From positions 13,289 to 77,288 of the forward strand of contig DMZI01000041.1 in assembly GCA_003485325.1 (NCBI GenBank): DNA of 64,000 bases, given 5' to 3'. A program made the position numbers and the translations under genes. Under the pieces are notes generated by a model that made no database searches, was not told where the DNA came from, and saw nothing but the letters and a program-made list of their open reading frames with translations. Within the stretch, counting starts at the first letter, position 1; the number at the start of each line of letters is the position of its first letter. Source of the stretch: Desulfotomaculum sp. (lineage in GTDB: Bacteria; Bacillota; Desulfotomaculia; Desulfotomaculales; Nap2-2B). Of this stretch, positions 55,379-64,000 are shown in pieces.

Positions 55379-56986
55379 TTAAACACGTTTAAGAATAATG
55401 TGTTTGCGCCATCTCTTCAGGGAATCAGGAAAGTCCTGCCTGAAATGCCCCCCTCTGCTTTCCGTGCGCATAAGGGCCGCCTCAGTTATCAACTGAGCAA
55501 CCTGAAGCATATTACAGACCTCCATTTCATCCCATTTTACCGGCGGGTTTTTCCCCAGGTTTTCCATATTTTCAAAAATATCGAGCGCTTTGAGAAGCCC
55601 GGCGCTGGTCCGAACAGGTCCGACGAACATTTCCATGACTGATTGAATAGAGTGTCTTAAATGCTCATAATTACTTTTTTGATTAACTATTGCTTCGTTA
55701 ATTATTGCTTCGTTATAAAAAAATCTTTGGGCAAGGGGGATAGACCTATAAGGATCAGAAATGCTCAGCCTACGTTCTATAATCCGTTGCCCGAAAACAA
55801 TTCCTTCCAGAAGTGAATTGCTTGCCAGGCGGTTGGCGCCATGAACACCCTGACAGGCTACCTCGCCGCAGGCATATAAACCGCTAATGTTTGTTTCTCC
55901 ATATAAATTAGTTTTTACCCCGCCCATCATGTAATGTGCGGCAGGTGTAACTGGTATGGGTTCCTTCTTAACATCCAACCCGTAAAAACTGCAGGTGCTG
56001 CTTATATTTGGAAAACGGCGGTCTATTTTTTCATCCCCCAGCCGTGATAAATCGAGGTAAACCTCACTTGACTCAGTTTCTTTCATTTCCTGTAGAATTG
56101 CCCATACGACTATATCCCGCGGGGCCAGCTCAGCCATTTGGTGGTAACGCGTCATAAAACGGTCTCCATGACAGTTTAGAAGATATGCGCCTTCGCCCCG
56201 CGCTGCCTCAGAAATTAAAAAACGTGGCGCTTCAGGCAGGTTTAATGCGGTGGGATGAAATTGGGTAAATTCCATATCCATTACCTCCACCCCAGCCCTG
56301 TAAGCAATAGCAATACCGTCGCCTGTAGCAACCTCCGGGTTGGTATTATGCTTATATAACTGCCCAACACCGCCGCTGGCCAAAATAACCGCTTTGCTCC
56401 AGAACACTTTTAACTGCTCTGATTGGGTATCATAGGCCAAGACACCGTAACAATTATTTTCCCTAATCAGCAAATCGACTACAAAATGGCTTTCCCGGAC
56501 TTCGATTGACGGATTATTCAAGGCTTGCTTGGTAAGGGCTCTTTGTATTTCTGCACCGGTAGCGTCACCCGCCGCATGCAAAATCCGATTGCGGCTGTGC
56601 GCGCCTTCCTTACCTAAAAGCAGTCTGCCATTGTCCTGATCAAAACGTGCGCCTATATTGATCAGTTCCGCAACCCTCTGCGGCCCTTCATTGACCAAAA
56701 TCTTTACTGCTTCATAATTGCATAAACCTGCGCCGGCAACTAAAGTATCTTCCAGATGAAAATCGGGGGAATCTGCTGTACCAATGGCCACCGCAATACC
56801 GCCCTGCGCCTTGCTTGTGTTGCTGTCAAGAACTGTGCGTTTGGTAAGAACAACGGCCTTACCACCGTACCTGCTCGCAATATATGCGCTATAAAGCCCG
56901 GCAATACCACTGCCGATAATTACGTATTCCCATTCCTCCTGCGGTAATTGCCGGGTATCAAAGTTAATCAGATAATTCCTGTCCAC
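55379..56986 (-). CDS. nadB: L-aspartate oxidase
   Basis: IGSGIAG, AQGGIA, EGAHS, QFHPT, PAAHYMMGG, HGANRLASNSL, ESRGGH. Confidence 0.95.
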   Translation of the reverse strand: MDRNYLINFDTRQLPQEEWEYVIIGSGIAGLYSAYIASRYGGKAVVLTKRTVLDSNTSKAQGGIAVAIGTADSPDFHLEDTLVAGAGLCNYEAVKILVNEGPQRVAELINIGARFDQDNGRLLLGKEGAHSRNRILHAAGDATGAEIQRALTKQALNNPSIEVRESHFVVDLLIRENNCYGVLAYDTQSEQLKVFWSKAVILASGGVGQLYKHNTNPEVATGDGIAIAYRAGVEVMDMEFTQFHPTALNLPEAPRFLISEAARGEGAYLLNCHGDRFMTRYHQMAELAPRDIVVWAILQEMKETESSEVYLDLSRLGDEKIDRRFPNISSTCSFYGLDVKKEPIPVTPAAHYMMGGVKTNLYGETNISGLYACGEVACQGVHGANRLASNSLLEGIVFGQRIIERRLSISDPYRSIPLAQRFFYNEAIINEAIVNQKSNYEHLRHSIQSVMEMFVGPVRTSAGLLKALDIFENMENLGKNPPVKWDEMEVCNMLQVAQLITEAALMRTESRGGHFRQDFPDSLKRWRKHIILKRV

Positions 56987-57002
56987 AAAAAAGAGGTACC
57001 TC

Positions 57003-57920
57003 CTAAACGATTGCCAGCATTCTCTCCAGGGATTTAAGGGCTAGCTTCCTAATTTCAGGTTCAACTTCAATTCTCGGTTCAAGGTTGACCAGTGAATTTC
57101 GAACTTTTTCCAGCGTAGTTAACTTCATATTCGGGCAAACCATCTTTTTCGAGGCCGGAAAGCACTCTTTATCCGGGCATTGTTTGCTGCACTGGTGCAG
57201 AAGACCTATTTCTGTACCGATAATAAACTGCCTGGCGGTGCTTTCGCGTATAAAGCGCAGCATTCCGGATGTGCTGGCAACTTTATCAGCCAGGCTGATT
57301 ACCTCCGGCCTGCACTCAGGGTGCACAACGAGAAGAGCTTCAGGGTGTTCCGACTTTGCGGCCAAAACGTCCTCTCTGGTGAGCTTATCATGAGTGTTGC
57401 AAAAACCATCCCACATTATTAATTTACGCCTCGTCCGGGAAGCAATATATTGCCCGAGGTTTTTATCCGGTACAAAGAGGATATCCTGATCAGGCGGTAT
57501 CGAATTGACGACCTGAACAGCGTTGGCGCTGGTGCATGCTATATCACACATGGCTTTAACCTCTGCTGAAGTATTGACGTAGCAAACTACGGTTGCATGC
57601 GGGAATTTTCCTTTCCACCGTTCAAGATCTACTGAAGTAATCATATCCGCCATCGGGCACCCCGCCTCCTCTTCGGGAAGAAGAACAATCTTATCCGGGG
57701 ATAGGATAGAAGCGCTTTCGGCCATAAAATGCACTCCGCAAAAGACAATTACTTCCGCATCGGTTTTTGCCGCCCGGCGTGAAAGTTCCAGAGAATCTCC
57801 AACAAAATCAGCTATATCCTGAATTTCAGGACGTTGATAGTAATGGCTTAAGATTACTGCCCGCCGCTTCTTTCTAAGTTTTTCAATCTCCTTTAACAAC
57901 TCTGTTTTTTCCTGGGCCAA
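57003..57920 (-). CDS. nadA: Quinolinate synthase
   Basis: [35 protein letters not shown]. Confidence 0.96.
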   Translation of the reverse strand: MAQEKTELLKEIEKLRKKRRAVILSHYYQRPEIQDIADFVGDSLELSRRAAKTDAEVIVFCGVHFMAESASILSPDKIVLLPEEEAGCPMADMITSVDLERWKGKFPHATVVCYVNTSAEVKAMCDIACTSANAVQVVNSIPPDQDILFVPDKNLGQYIASRTRRKLIMWDGFCNTHDKLTREDVLAAKSEHPEALLVVHPECRPEVISLADKVASTSGMLRFIRESTARQFIIGTEIGLLHQCSKQCPDKECFPASKKMVCPNMKLTTLEKVRNSLVNLEPRIEVEPEIRKLALKSLERMLAIV

Positions 57921-58011
57921 ATATTGTCACCTTAGTTCTGCTATACAGCAAATTTATTAGGGATATATATGTAAGATATCCCCCTTTCAAGATTAAAAAA
58001 ATCGCCAGTTA

Positions 58012-58383
58012 TTAGTTTACTTCACCCAGCACAATCTCTTCAATCTTATTTGACTCACCAGCCAAAACTATAATTGGCTGGTGAACCAGCGCCTCTTCCC
58101 GTGTCATCATAGCGTAAGAAATCACAATTACATTATCTCCCGGTTGAGCCAAACGGGCGGCGGCGCCATTCAAACAAATTATACCCGATCCCCGCTTTCC
58201 TCGAATAACATAAGTCTCAAAACGCGCTCCGTTATTATTATTTACCACCTGAACTTTTTCATGGGGCAAAATTTGGGCAGCCTCCAGCAGGTCCTGGTCA
58301 ATAGTAATGCTGCCCCTGTAATTCAAATTGGCCTGTGTTACTGTAGCCCGATGGATCTTAGATTTTAACATCGTTAAAAACAT
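58012..58383 (-). CDS. panD: Aspartate 1-decarboxylase
   Basis: [13 protein letters not shown] self-cleavage site, NGAAAR. Confidence 0.97.
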   Translation of the reverse strand: MFLTMLKSKIHRATVTQANLNYRGSITIDQDLLEAAQILPHEKVQVVNNNNGARFETYVIRGKRGSGIICLNGAAARLAQPGDNVIVISYAMMTREEALVHQPIIVLAGESNKIEEIVLGEVN

Positions 58384-59239
58384 AGCTTACACCCCCTGGA
58401 CATAAAACTGTATTATCAATCAACCTGGTTTTGCCAAAACGTACTGCCATCGCCAGTAAAACCGGGCCTGAAAGATTGGCAACCGGTTTTAGGTCCGGAA
58501 GAGAAAGGATTTCCACATAATCTATCAAAGCCAACGGTTCGTTAGTTATAATTTCCCGAACCGCACTTAAAATTTTCGATACTTCAAATTCCCCGCCTGC
58601 AACCATTTGTCCTGCTGTCTCCATGCTTTTCTTCAAGCATAAAGAGGCTTTTCTTTCTGCGGGATTGAGAAAAATGTTTCTCGAACTCATGGCAAGCCCA
58701 TCATCTTCACGAACCGTTGGAACAACCACAATTTCCAAGGGCATTTGCAGATCCCTCACCATTCTCTTAATCACAAGAGCCTGCTGGGCATCTTTTTGTC
58801 CAAAAAAAGCTTTATCCGGGGAAACAATATTAAAAAGCATGGTAACCACTGTGGCTACACCCTTAAAATGACCCGGGCGGGAATGGCCGCACAGGCTTTC
58901 CGTTATCCCCTCAACTTCAACTGCCGTAGAGAAACCAGCAGGATACATTTCTTCAGTTGTTGGAGAAAATACTGCGTCAACCTGAGCTTTTCCGGCAAGG
59001 TCCAAATCCCGCTCCAGATCCCGCGGGTACCGGGCAAAATCCTCCTGGGGGCCAAATTGCATTGGATTAACAAAAATACTCACTATCACAAAATCACATA
59101 ACCTTTTAGCTTCACGCATTAATACAAGATGTCCCTCGTGGAAATAGCCCATAGTCGGGACAAAACCTATCGTCAGCCCCTGACTGCGGGCTTTCTTCAC
59201 TGTTTGCCTGATCTCTTCAACTGTCTGATGAATTAACAT
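58358..59239 (-). CDS. panC: Pantoate--beta-alanine ligase
   Basis: [43 protein letters not shown]. Confidence 0.97.
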   Translation of the reverse strand: MLIHQTVEEIRQTVKKARSQGLTIGFVPTMGYFHEGHLVLMREAKRLCDFVIVSIFVNPMQFGPQEDFARYPRDLERDLDLAGKAQVDAVFSPTTEEMYPAGFSTAVEVEGITESLCGHSRPGHFKGVATVVTMLFNIVSPDKAFFGQKDAQQALVIKRMVRDLQMPLEIVVVPTVREDDGLAMSSRNIFLNPAERKASLCLKKSMETAGQMVAGGEFEVSKILSAVREIITNEPLALIDYVEILSLPDLKPVANLSGPVLLAMAVRFGKTRLIDNTVLCPGGVSYVFNDVKI

Positions 59240-59254
59240 ACTCTTTTCCTTTGC

Positions 59255-60088
59255 TTATAATTTGGAAAGTACGTCCTCCGGCATATTAAAGCAGTGTTCG
59301 GGCGCCGGGAAAGAGCCGTGCCGGACTTCTTCACAATAAGACTGCAAAGCCTTGATTATGTCCTGGTTCAAGTTTGCGTAGTATTTAACGAATTTTGGTT
59401 TATTGCCGCCATACATCCCTAAAAGGTCGTGTGTGACGAGTATTTGACCGCTGCAGTAAGGGCCTGCTCCAATACCGATTGTAGGAACATTAATCTGTTC
59501 GGTAATCATCCTGGCCAGCTGTAAAGGGACCAGTTCCAAAACGATGGCAAAAACACCCGCTTCTTCAAGCGCCTTGGCGTCAGCAATCAGTTTTTTGGCT
59601 GCAGCTTCTTCCTTCCCCTGTACCTTGTAACCCCCGATTTGGTTAACAGATTGAGGGGTCAAACCTATATGTCCCATTACCGGAATGCCCGCGGCCACTA
59701 TCTTGCGAACAACATCGGTTACCTCCCGCCCGCCTTCCAGCTTAACTGCCTGCGCTCCGCCTTCCTGTAAAATGCGTCCGGCGTTTTTCAGGCTTTCTTC
59801 CATTGACAGGTGGTAGGACATGAAAGGCATGTCCCCAACAACCATCGCTCTTGACACGCCGCGTGTAACCGCCTTGATGTGGTGAATCATATCGTCCATT
59901 GTGACCGGGATGGTTGAACTATAACCCAGCACAACATTACCCAAGGAGTCGCCCACCAGAATCGCGTCAATACCGGCTTTTTCAACCAGTGAAGCCATCA
60001 GGTAATCATAGGCCGTCAACATGGTAATCATGCGACCGTCTTTTTTAGCTTCCCGGAAAAAAGTTGTCGTTACACGTCCGTTAGACAC
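59255..60088 (-). CDS. panB: 3-methyl-2-oxobutanoate hydroxymethyltransferase
   Basis: TAYD, LVGDSLG, DMPF, KLEGG, GHIGLTPQ, GIGAG. Confidence 0.97.
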   Translation of the reverse strand: MSNGRVTTTFFREAKKDGRMITMLTAYDYLMASLVEKAGIDAILVGDSLGNVVLGYSSTIPVTMDDMIHHIKAVTRGVSRAMVVGDMPFMSYHLSMEESLKNAGRILQEGGAQAVKLEGGREVTDVVRKIVAAGIPVMGHIGLTPQSVNQIGGYKVQGKEEAAAKKLIADAKALEEAGVFAIVLELVPLQLARMITEQINVPTIGIGAGPYCSGQILVTHDLLGMYGGNKPKFVKYYANLNQDIIKALQSYCEEVRHGSFPAPEHCFNMPEDVLSKL

Positions 60089-60115
60089 GAGACTCCTGCC
60101 TCCTTATAAAACCAT

Positions 60116-61018
60116 TTACGAAAATATTTTTTTAAGCTGCACAGCCTGATCACTATTTATACTCCCTTTTTCAAGGGCAATTGAAACTGTGTACAAACCC
60201 AGCGCGTTATAAAGATCGCTTTCTTCCCTGCCTACCTGTTTAAGCACAGGTATGTGGTCCGAAATAGTTGTTCCGTCCCCTCTGGATATCGGGCCGGTGA
60301 GGGCTTGAACGGGACCAATTCTCCTGACGTTGTTTATTGTGCCCTGTACAAGCGGCAATAAAGCCTCAAACGCTTCTTCGCGTGACAGGCCGAAATTGCG
60401 GTACAGGCCAGTCGCATAGTACATCAACGAAACAAGGTAATTGGAAGCTATACATGCCGCGGCATGATATAAAGTTTTATCTTCAGCACGAATAGTAAAA
60501 TATTTTCCGTCCAGGTCGTCTACTATCTGCCTCGCCACACTCATTGCCGATTCATCTCCCTCCAGGGCAAAGTATGAACCGGGAAGATTCTCGATTGCCC
60601 CCTGAATATCAGCAAATGACTGCAGGGGATGAATTGAAATAATCCTTGAACCTGTTTCCGGAACGCCGTGTAATTCAAAGGCTGTATGGGCCCCGCTGGC
60701 ATGAGCAACAATCTGTCCGGGATAAAACCCCTTCCTTGATGCGATTGTTTCCGCAACCCTGGCGATCTCCCGGTCCGGTGTGGTAATAAAAATAACCTCG
60801 CCAAGCAAAGTAACTTCTTCCGGCCTGTCTGTGGCAGGGCAGCCGATTTCATCGGCAACTCGACGGGCTGAAGATATGCTTTTGCTTGCTACACCGGCAA
60901 CAGGATAGCCTTTTCTATGCAAAAGAATGGATAATGCGCTGCCTACTTTACCGGCGCCTACTATAACAAGCGAAGGTTTTCCCCCGGACTGTTCATTTAT
61001 GCTTTCATTTTTTTTCAT
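60116..61018 (-). CDS. Rossmann-like/DUF2520 protein, candidate ketopantoate reductase (PanG-like)
   Basis: GAGKVG, TPD, H.SGA, HPLQSF, YHAAA.IASNY, ALTGP..RGD; first gene of the pan operon; no panE in the window. Confidence 0.75.
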   Translation of the reverse strand: MKKNESINEQSGGKPSLVIVGAGKVGSALSILLHRKGYPVAGVASKSISSARRVADEIGCPATDRPEEVTLLGEVIFITTPDREIARVAETIASRKGFYPGQIVAHASGAHTAFELHGVPETGSRIISIHPLQSFADIQGAIENLPGSYFALEGDESAMSVARQIVDDLDGKYFTIRAEDKTLYHAAACIASNYLVSLMYYATGLYRNFGLSREEAFEALLPLVQGTINNVRRIGPVQALTGPISRGDGTTISDHIPVLKQVGREESDLYNALGLYTVSIALEKGSINSDQAVQLKKIFS

Positions 61019-61050
61019 ATAATCTTCACTTTATTCTGCGGCCTAAAATC

Positions 61051-61085
61051 AAAAAACCTTCCGGACAGACTGTCGCAAGGTTTTT
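61051..61085 (-). terminator. Intrinsic terminator in the pan leader (attenuator)
   Basis: AAAAACCTTGCG-ACAGTCTGTC-CGGAAGGTTTTTT, located upstream of the first pan gene. Confidence 0.8.
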
Positions 61086-61140
61086 CACCACCCCGTCTCG
61101 GTCCATCCAGGCTCCAAGCGGATTTGGTTGTCTTTTATTT
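61086..61140 (-). ncRNA. Probable pan RNA motif (cis-regulatory leader of pantothenate genes)
   Basis: AAAAGACAACCAAATCCG...GAGACGG bulged hairpin resembles the pan motif as I recall it; sits between a promoter and a terminator upstream of the pan operon. Confidence 0.65.
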
Positions 61141-61205
61141 TACGGGCCGCTTCAAACAGGTATGGTTTCCAACCGGAATACCACCCCTTAGTTTACCCCA
61201 AAGTT

Positions 61206-61234
61206 ATTGTAACTGATCATTAACCCAAAGGCAA
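61206..61234 (-). promoter_or_regulatory. sigmaA promoter for the pan-nad operon
   Basis: TTGCCT-N17-TACAAT. Confidence 0.65.
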
Positions 61235-61250
61235 GTATATCTTGTCGATC

Positions 61251-61760
61251 TTATGATATTTTTTGCACATCCTGAAAAGCAAGCTCGGCAGCAAGAACGG
61301 AGACATTTTTAAGACCGGGTATATATAAATCCGGATCCAGTTCAGCCAGCGGTATGATCACAAAAGCTCTTTCGCGCATGCGCGGGTGCGGGATAATCAG
61401 ATCATGCTCATTTATTAAAATATCGCCATAAAGCAGCAAGTCAAGATCGATTAACCTTGGACCCCACTTGATATCGCGTACTCTGCCCATTTTTCTTTCA
61501 ATATCCAAAATGACATTCAATAGCTCCCTTGGCGTCAACTTAACCATTGCTTCGAGAACATTATTGATAAACCAATCCTGCTGAACAGGGCCCACAGGCG
61601 CAGTCCTGTAATAAGAGGAAACCCCTTTGATATTCAGCCCTTCCTCTTTGCGCAGCAACTCAACAGCTCTTTCGAGGTTTGCCTTTTTATCGCCCAAATT
61701 TGAACCAAGACTTATAAAAGTACGAACACGTCCTGTGATGGGATCCTTGCCCTTTATCAA
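61251..61760 (-). CDS. folK: 2-amino-4-hydroxy-6-hydroxymethyldihydropteridine pyrophosphokinase
   Basis: LGSNLG, SSYYRTAP, FIN, WGPRLIDLDLL, PHPRM..R.FV. Confidence 0.95.
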   Translation of the reverse strand: MIKGKDPITGRVRTFISLGSNLGDKKANLERAVELLRKEEGLNIKGVSSYYRTAPVGPVQQDWFINNVLEAMVKLTPRELLNVILDIERKMGRVRDIKWGPRLIDLDLLLYGDILINEHDLIIPHPRMRERAFVIIPLAELDPDLYIPGLKNVSVLAAELAFQDVQKIS

Positions 61761-61775
61761 AATAAGGCCTTTCCT

Positions 61776-62798
61776 TTAATATGTGTTTTCCCCCAGTTTT
61801 AAATCAGGAATCGCATTTAAACTGTAAGGGGCAAAATCTGAGCGCAGGTACTTATAATAGGCGCAGCAGCCGACCATTGCAGCGTTATCTGTACACAAAA
61901 CCGTGCTTGGATAAGAAACTGCCAATCCCTTTTCAATGGCCTTTTGTTTTAAAAACAGACGAAGCCTTCTGTTTGAAGCAACCCCGCCTGCCAAAAGAAT
62001 GGTTTTTGCTCCGTATATCTGTGCGCCTTGAACAGTTTTTTCAACCAGCACATCAACTACAGCTTTTTGAAATGAAGCGGTTAAATCAGAAAGGTTAATC
62101 TTTTCACCACGTTTTTCTGCTTTCAGGTAAAAATTGGCTACCGCTGTTTTAAGTCCACTAAAGCTAAAATCAAGCGTTCCTTCTTCCAGCCGGGCTCTGG
62201 GAAAAATAACCACATCTTCGTTTCCACCGGAGGAAAGGCGATCAATCAATGGCCCGCCGGGATAACCCAGGCCAATCGTACGGGCTACCTTGTCAAACAC
62301 TTCCCCCGCGGCGTCATCCCGCGTTCTTCCGATCAACTTATAACTGCCGTGACTTTTAATCAAGATAAGATCGGTGTGGCCGCCGCTTACCACCAAGCCA
62401 ATTACCGGAAATGATAAATCATCCTTGCCTAGATAATTTGCATATAGATGACCTTCAATATGATTAACGGCTAACAAAGGCAGATCAAGAGCAAAAGCTA
62501 AAGCTTTGGCTGCCGCCACCCCAACCAGCAAAGCGCCGGCAAGGCCGGGTCCATAGGAAACACCTACGGCATCAAGAGAATTAAAGCCAAAGCCCGCTTC
62601 GTCAAGCGCTTTCCGAATAACTTCATTAATTAATTCCAGATGTTTGCGGGAAGCTACTTCCGGGACAACCCCTCCAAATATTTTATGCATTTTTTCTTGT
62701 GAAAAAACAACATTCGACAGTATCTTTGTTCCGTCCATGACTAAAGAGGCGCAAGTATCATCACAGGATGTCTCAATACCGAGAATCTTGACACTCAA
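61776..62798 (-). CDS. tsaD: tRNA N6-threonylcarbamoyltransferase TsaD
   Basis: LGIETSCDD, GVVPE.ASR.H, HIEGH, SGGH, DDAAGE.FDK, SFSGLK, DNAAM. Confidence 0.97.
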   Translation of the reverse strand: MSVKILGIETSCDDTCASLVMDGTKILSNVVFSQEKMHKIFGGVVPEVASRKHLELINEVIRKALDEAGFGFNSLDAVGVSYGPGLAGALLVGVAAAKALAFALDLPLLAVNHIEGHLYANYLGKDDLSFPVIGLVVSGGHTDLILIKSHGSYKLIGRTRDDAAGEVFDKVARTIGLGYPGGPLIDRLSSGGNEDVVIFPRARLEEGTLDFSFSGLKTAVANFYLKAEKRGEKINLSDLTASFQKAVVDVLVEKTVQGAQIYGAKTILLAGGVASNRRLRLFLKQKAIEKGLAVSYPSTVLCTDNAAMVGCCAYYKYLRSDFAPYSLNAIPDLKLGENTY

Positions 62799-62972
62799 TA
62801 ACTATCTCACCTTTAATTATACTTTAATTATACATCAATACCTATATTCGTTGGAGAAAAGTATAAATATTAAATTCCATAACACTTAAACATAAGAGAT
62901 CGCTGTGAATCACTGGTAAAAACCATGCTTTAAAGATAATTTTTGTTAAATCCCCTTAAGATTATATGGTTT

Positions 62973-63278
62973 TCAAATTTTTACGAATATGCTTTTTTCC
63001 TTTTCATCAAAAATTGACTCGTACCTTCCCTTTAAATTAATACCAAAGTATTTAAAAAAACCTTTGCCGAATACCTTCGTTTTTTTAATTTGTATACCGT
63101 CCTCTTCTACAGCACGAATACGCACTGTTTTTGAATCATGATCATAAGCTAATTCAACGTATTGAGCGCCAAGTTTCTCTCTCGCAATTTTATTTAAAAC
63201 AATTGAACTCTTAGAGAAAGATACTATTGGTGTTTTTTCAGCTTTCTCGCCGCGTGGTTTGTAAATTTCGAAAGTCAT
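62973..63278 (-). CDS. Small basic hypothetical protein, possibly AbrB-like swapped-hairpin fold
   Basis: Strong SD (AAGGAG) and consensus promoter; alternating hydrophobic beta-strand pattern; no family firmly recognised. Confidence 0.7.
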   Translation of the reverse strand: MTFEIYKPRGEKAEKTPIVSFSKSSIVLNKIAREKLGAQYVELAYDHDSKTVRIRAVEEDGIQIKKTKVFGKGFFKYFGINLKGRYESIFDEKEKSIFVKI

Positions 63279-63304
63279 GATTTATACTCTCCTTTTTTTT
63301 CAAA

Positions 63305-63334
63305 ATTATATCCTATGTTTAAAGAGCATGTCAA
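63305..63334 (-). promoter_or_regulatory. Perfect-consensus sigmaA promoter for the hypothetical gene
   Basis: TTGACA-N18-TATAAT. Confidence 0.75.
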
Positions 63335-63576
63335 ACCATAAATTTCTCTTCCCAATAGTATGATACTGTTCTTTAAAAACTTCCCCCGTTACAAAACAGA
63401 TCTATTAATAATAATCACATATCAAACTTAGATTGCTGTTGTTGGAGTAATCAAAAATTAAGAAGAAGCTAATAAATGACTGGTGAGATAAATTATCGTC
63501 AATAATTATAGAGTATGCTCTATTTTAATAAAAATATGTCAGCATTTTAGTTTTTTTGGTTTAACAGACTAATAAA

Positions 63577-63603
63577 TATACCTGGTCTTTTCGACCAGGT
63601 ATA
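63577..63603 (-). terminator. Intrinsic terminator after rpsU (possibly bidirectional)
   Basis: Perfect 11-bp stem TATACCTGGTC/GACCAGGTATA with a 5-nt loop and A/T tracts on both sides. Confidence 0.8.
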
Positions 63604-63614
63604 AGTTTTTCTAT

Positions 63615-63791
63615 TTAATGAAATTTGCGCCTTCTCGCAGCAATTGATTTTTTCTTTCGCCGTACACTGGGCTTCTCGTAATGTTCATGCCTCCTGGCCT
63701 CAGCCAACACCCCTGCCTTTTGGCATGTCCTTTTAAAACGACGGAGGGCACTATCCAGCGTTTCGTTTTTGCCAACTCGTACCTCTGCCAT
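63615..63791 (-). CDS. rpsU: 30S ribosomal protein S21
   Basis: Not in ORF track (58 aa): [58 protein letters not shown]. Confidence 0.97.
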   Translation of the reverse strand: MAEVRVGKNETLDSALRRFKRTCQKAGVLAEARRHEHYEKPSVRRKKKSIAARRRKFH

Positions 63792-63880
63792 ACCTTTCCC
63801 CTCCCCCCGCCATAACTCGTAAATATCACATATACCTTACCTTTCTTTCAAAAATTTAATACCAATGTGTCTTTGCCAAA

Positions 63881-64000
63881 TCAACCAGGATGCCGTTTCA
63901 AATAAGGGCCGGCAAGAAAATGATAATGGATGTGAAAAACTTTTTGCCCGGCATCTTCAAGACAATTAACAACCATCCGGAAACCTTTGCCTTCTAAAAC
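63881..64000 (-). CDS. Histidine triad (HIT/HinT) nucleotide-binding protein, 3' end only
   Basis: GFRMVVNCLEDAGQKVFHIHYHFLAG (HxHxH triad), TGA at 63881; usual position upstream of rpsU. Confidence 0.88.
   Translation of the reverse strand, partial: VLEGKGFRMVVNCLEDAGQKVFHIHYHFLAGPYLKRHPG

Noticed and set aside
57921-58011. Small hairpins between panD and nadA, and GTGACAATAT shared (inverted) with the nadB-nadC junction
   Set aside because: No match to a NiaR/NrtR operator or riboswitch that I can support; opposite orientations suggest chance
62811-62832. Tandem 11-bp duplication CTTTAATTATA
   Set aside because: Simple slippage duplication in an AT-rich promoter; not an array

Overview
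Core-genome window from an anaerobic, spore-forming Clostridia-class Firmicute. The protein sequences and gene order look Peptococcaceae/Desulfotomaculales-like, but that placement is my inference. All but two supported genes lie on the minus strand. In transcription order the window holds: HIT(partial)-rpsU, a small hypothetical gene, tsaD-folK, a pan-motif leader, panG-like-panBCD-nadABC-MFS, dgt-dnaG-sigA-mobA-yqeG-aroE-aroC-aroK/aroB fusion, ytxC-thrS-coaD-nth, then the rpmG-secE-nusG-rplKAJL-rpoBC-str-S10-spc-alpha cluster, truA-rplM-rpsI, and finally patatin, a MesB-like core methionine synthase, a PHP phosphatase, rsmA, a YkuK-like RNase H-fold protein, a GT2 gene and yabG(partial). Four real genes are missing from the supplied ORF track: yabG, rpmJ, rpsU and the HIT gene. 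I found no rRNA, tRNA, CRISPR array, transposase or prophage gene, and no clearly new multi-gene system. The best leads are: (1) an unexplained ~150-nt tandem-unit, REP/MITE-like structured insert between the L10-leader terminator and rplJ; (2) clean absence of rpmD, adk, ecfAAT and the thrS T-box from their usual positions, with heavy shuffling of short synteny blocks; (3) a folate-independent MesB-like methionine synthase; (4) a small, possibly double-AbrB-fold hypothetical protein behind a perfect sigmaA promoter; (5) an aroK-aroB fusion that keeps an internal ribosome-binding site and ATG.
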